From: a virus
Taxonomy: Duplodnaviria; Caudoviricetes
Reading direction: 5' to 3' (one strand)
IMG/VR virus record: IMGVR_UViG_3300044993_000054
Span: 1-57,914 of that record
Length of the DNA stretch: 57,914 nucleotides
Shown: positions 55,241 through 57,914 of the stretch, one piece after another
Position numbering within the stretch: position 1 is the first letter of the stretch
Layout of the letters: each line of letters begins with the position of its first letter
Notes under the pieces: generated by a model
The model's database searches: none
Told to the model about the DNA's origin: nothing
Seen by the model: only the letters and a program-made list of their open reading frames with translations
Made by a program: the position numbers and the translations under genes

Positions 55241-57180
55241 CAGTAGTCTGTCTCAATATAGAGGCCAGAGCAATCAAACGCGACTGCAGCGGCGGTAGTA
55301 CCATTGTTCATGTATAGACGCGGACCAAGAAACTGTGTAACAGCAGGCAAATCGGTAGTGATCTGTTGCTCGAAGATGTCGCCGGAGACTTCATCCACAA
55401 CACGCACCCAAACCGAACTACCGTTTGGCTCCGCGCTGATGAGTAAGGTTAGAACTCTATCAGTCGTGACGGGGAAAACTGCACCAAGATCAGTCAGGGT
55501 CGGGGCTCCATTCCCGTCATTGTGAACCAGTTGCCAGTTGTTATGAGTGCCGCTCTGGAAGCCCAAACCGATACAGTTAACCGCAGCGTTCAATGTCAGG
55601 TTAGTGGCCAGCGGGCCGGTCGCACTATAGAGGCCAAAGAAGCCCATCCCAGTCGGTTGCAAAGTCGTGAGGAAGAACCGTGTGATGAAAGTCCAGCCCC
55701 CCAAACCCGCCGCGTTGCCGCGCCAGCAGACAAACACCGCAGAACACTGATCAGCAGATGAATCCGTAACAGCCGCAGAAGTCAGACGCCAGCGGTAAAT
55801 TGAGCTAGCAAGGTTTGTATTAGTTGGGGTTGGATGTGAGACGGTTCCAGTCGAGACTATCGACAATCCTGTGGCACTGATCGTTGTAGAATTAACCGGC
55901 AACCACATACCGATGCGCTTCGCAACAAAATGATGCTGAAGCGGGAAGCCTCTTCCCGAAGGATGTCTCACGTCCAGCCATGGTCGCCCTACCCGATCAT
56001 GCGAGTACAGGGCGACCTTTCCAGAGCCCGGAGCAGACGGGAGACTGGATTGAGTCACCAGCTCTAAAGGCTTAACTATCTCCGCCCGTCCGGTTCCGGC
56101 CTTCAGTATGATGGAAGTATTGAAGTTGGATCCATCAGGGCTAACCTTCAAGGTCAGATCATCATCCCCCTGAAGGCCTACAATACCCCGAGTGCTGAAC
56201 CCAGTCTTAAAGCTCAAGGTCGCATCATTACTCACTCCGTTCTTGTTGAACGTCATGTCGATGCTCGCGCCTGCGTTATTCAACAGGACGGAAGGCGTGT
56301 TGATTGAAAGTCGGTTAACGTTGTCAGCAGTCGCGCCTCCGAGACCAAGCCAATTTGCCGTCAGATTGGCCTGCGGCATACCAACAGACGTCACCGTGTT
56401 GGCGAAAGTCACGGTAGGGGTATTGATGATGAGGGAGCCTAAGGCTCCCGAGACGGCAGAGCCTACATTGATGACTGTGGTTGATCCACTTACCCCGAGA
56501 GTACCAATGTTGATGGTTTTAGTCGTACCATTAGTGGTAGCTCCCGCACCAAGCCCATAAGTAGCGGTTCCCGTCGCAGAGCCCCAGACGCCAGAGGCGG
56601 CAGACATGGTCGTAGTCCCGGACAGCGTGTTGGTGCCCGAAGCGGTAAAGCTGTTGGAAAAGGTTGTGGATCCAGTGAAAGTCTGAGCCGCGTTCCCAAG
56701 ATGAGCGAGGGTTGCGCTGATATTAGGAAGCGTGTAAGTCCGCGTGGTCCCGGAAGAGATAGACGATAGCTGAAACGCTGCTTTTTTGGTCGGATCCAGA
56801 TTGTCCGCGAGACTGAACTCACTGTCACTGATGTCAGTGAAGTTTAGAGTAGGCTCCCAGGTGCTCCCGGTCCAGGTGTACAGAGCGTTGTCCGCCTCTA
56901 CCCAAACAGTCCAGCCCGTCCGGGGAACCAGAAAGGTCCAAGCCCCGTTCTGCCATGCCGCCACATTGAGGTCCTTGTTCAACCAGGCACCAGTCGCACC
57001 CGAGGCGATGATGTGTCGGTCCCCTTCTTGCGGGGAACCCGGAGGAGCGGTGAGGGTCCGGTTGATGACGGACAACTGTACAAGGGCGTCTAGACGGGTG
57101 AGTGCCTCATTAACGGTAACGTGCTTCTGAGCCTGATTGAAGGCCACAAGCGGAAGAACCAGCTTGGTTGTGTTAGCCAT
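55240..57180 (-). CDS. DUF2793 tail fibre/receptor-binding protein
   Basis: QAQKHVTVNEAL.RLD.LVQL, PP.SP.EGDR.I..GATGAW, FKTGFS.R...GL.GDDD...KVSPDG; Thr/Ser/Gly-rich shaft; start MANTTK. Confidence 0.85.
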   Translation of the reverse strand: MANTTKLVLPLVAFNQAQKHVTVNEALTRLDALVQLSVINRTLTAPPGSPQEGDRHIIASGATGAWLNKDLNVAAWQNGAWTFLVPRTGWTVWVEADNALYTWTGSTWEPTLNFTDISDSEFSLADNLDPTKKAAFQLSSISSGTTRTYTLPNISATLAHLGNAAQTFTGSTTFSNSFTASGTNTLSGTTTMSAASGVWGSATGTATYGLGAGATTNGTTKTINIGTLGVSGSTTVINVGSAVSGALGSLIINTPTVTFANTVTSVGMPQANLTANWLGLGGATADNVNRLSINTPSVLLNNAGASIDMTFNKNGVSNDATLSFKTGFSTRGIVGLQGDDDLTLKVSPDGSNFNTSIILKAGTGRAEIVKPLELVTQSSLPSAPGSGKVALYSHDRVGRPWLDVRHPSGRGFPLQHHFVAKRIGMWLPVNSTTISATGLSIVSTGTVSHPTPTNTNLASSIYRWRLTSAAVTDSSADQCSAVFVCWRGNAAGLGGWTFITRFFLTTLQPTGMGFFGLYSATGPLATNLTLNAAVNCIGLGFQSGTHNNWQLVHNDGNGAPTLTDLGAVFPVTTDRVLTLLISAEPNGSSVWVRVVDEVSGDIFEQQITTDLPAVTQFLGPRLYMNNGTTAAAVAFDCSGLYIETDY

Positions 57181-57667
57181 CAGGGTTCTCCGCCTTCTGG
57201 TTGAGGTATTCCTCAACGCTCATCTTAGCAGGAACTACAAGAACGCCCCCGGTCACGTTGGCGTCTAGCTTGACGTTATCCCTAAACTTCTCGGGGCGCT
57301 CGCCCCGCAGCAGCATCTCCAGAAGCCTGTCACTGTATTCCTTAACCGTGGCGACCTTCCGCCCTTTGTAGAACACTGGTCGGTCTACACCCTCAAGAGC
57401 TCTTCTGCGGGCTTCCGCTTCCAGACTGTCCCGATAATGTTCCTGCGCAAGGTCCCAAGCCTGCTTCCAGCGAGGGTCCCCCGCCTTCTCACGCTCGCGG
57501 ATGAGGTCTGTCACTGTCCAGTAGCTGAAGCCGTTGACTGTGCAGCTGTGGTACTTCGCCCCCGTCTTAGCGAGGGTCTCACAGATGACAAGGAAGCGTT
57601 CCCAAACCAGCTCACTCGGGCGTCCTATGCCTGTGATCTGTTGACGCGTGAGCGGGATGTCGTTCAT
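57173..57667 (-). CDS. terS: Terminase small subunit
   Basis: LEAEARRRALEGV...YSDRLLEMLLRG.RPEKFRD motif; start MNDIPL. Confidence 0.8.
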   Translation of the reverse strand: MNDIPLTRQQITGIGRPSELVWERFLVICETLAKTGAKYHSCTVNGFSYWTVTDLIREREKAGDPRWKQAWDLAQEHYRDSLEAEARRRALEGVDRPVFYKGRKVATVKEYSDRLLEMLLRGERPEKFRDNVKLDANVTGGVLVVPAKMSVEEYLNQKAENPDG

Positions 57668-57787
57668 GTCGGTTCTTCTGTCCATGGAAGGATGGATCTG
57701 TGGCCTCGCGCGAGGATAGGGAGATTGCAAGCAAAAGTCAATCTGACCACCCATCCCCTGCCCAAGGAGCACAAGAACCTCCATCCG

Positions 57788-57914
57788 GCGGAACTGCTTT
57801 CTTAACGTCGCAGCCTTCGATCAGTGAACCTTAAGACGCATAAGCAGTTGACCCCCCAGGGGAATAATAACTTTCTTAACCCCCTTAAGAAAAGAAAGGG
57901 GAGGTAGAAAACTC
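57788..57914. repeat. Left part of repeat R (identical to 30431-30557)
   Basis: 127-bp exact match running to the window end. Confidence 0.97.

Noticed and set aside
1-57914. Window ends as ordinary direct terminal repeats
   Set aside because: The two ends do not match each other; each matches a different part of the internal element 30431-30708

Overview
This window is an essentially complete, circularly permuted ~58 kb genome of a tailed dsDNA siphophage, probably infecting an alphaproteobacterium (GTA-type tail tip, class II RNR, DUF3489). Every credible gene is on the minus strand. Two direct copies of a ~278-bp AT-rich non-coding element split the genome into halves: one copy at 30431-30708, the other broken across the window ends (57788-57914 + 1-112, with 39 bp missing). 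Half A (113-30430) carries early accessory genes (NADAR, GHKL ATPase, resolvase-tail fusion), replication genes (primase-helicase, PolA, RecD-like and SNF2 helicases, SSB-like, NrdJ with an NrdR box) and a Pseudomonas phage M6/YuA-type thymidine hypermodification cluster. That cluster comprises dCMP deaminase, dUMP hydroxymethylase, kinase genes, an amino acid:DNA transferase, radical SAM and PLP enzymes, with a DPPY-type amino-methyltransferase inserted in it. Half B (30709-57787) carries terminase, portal, a MuF head protein fused to an R-S-E ADP-ribosyltransferase, capsid, tail, GTA-like baseplate and lysis genes. Four near-consensus sigma70 promoters each carry two DnaA-box-like TTATCCCCGG boxes exactly 28 bp apart, and the phage encodes a stand-alone DnaA domain IV protein. 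No integrase, repressor, tRNA or CRISPR array was recognised. All family calls come from motif recognition by eye, not database searches.
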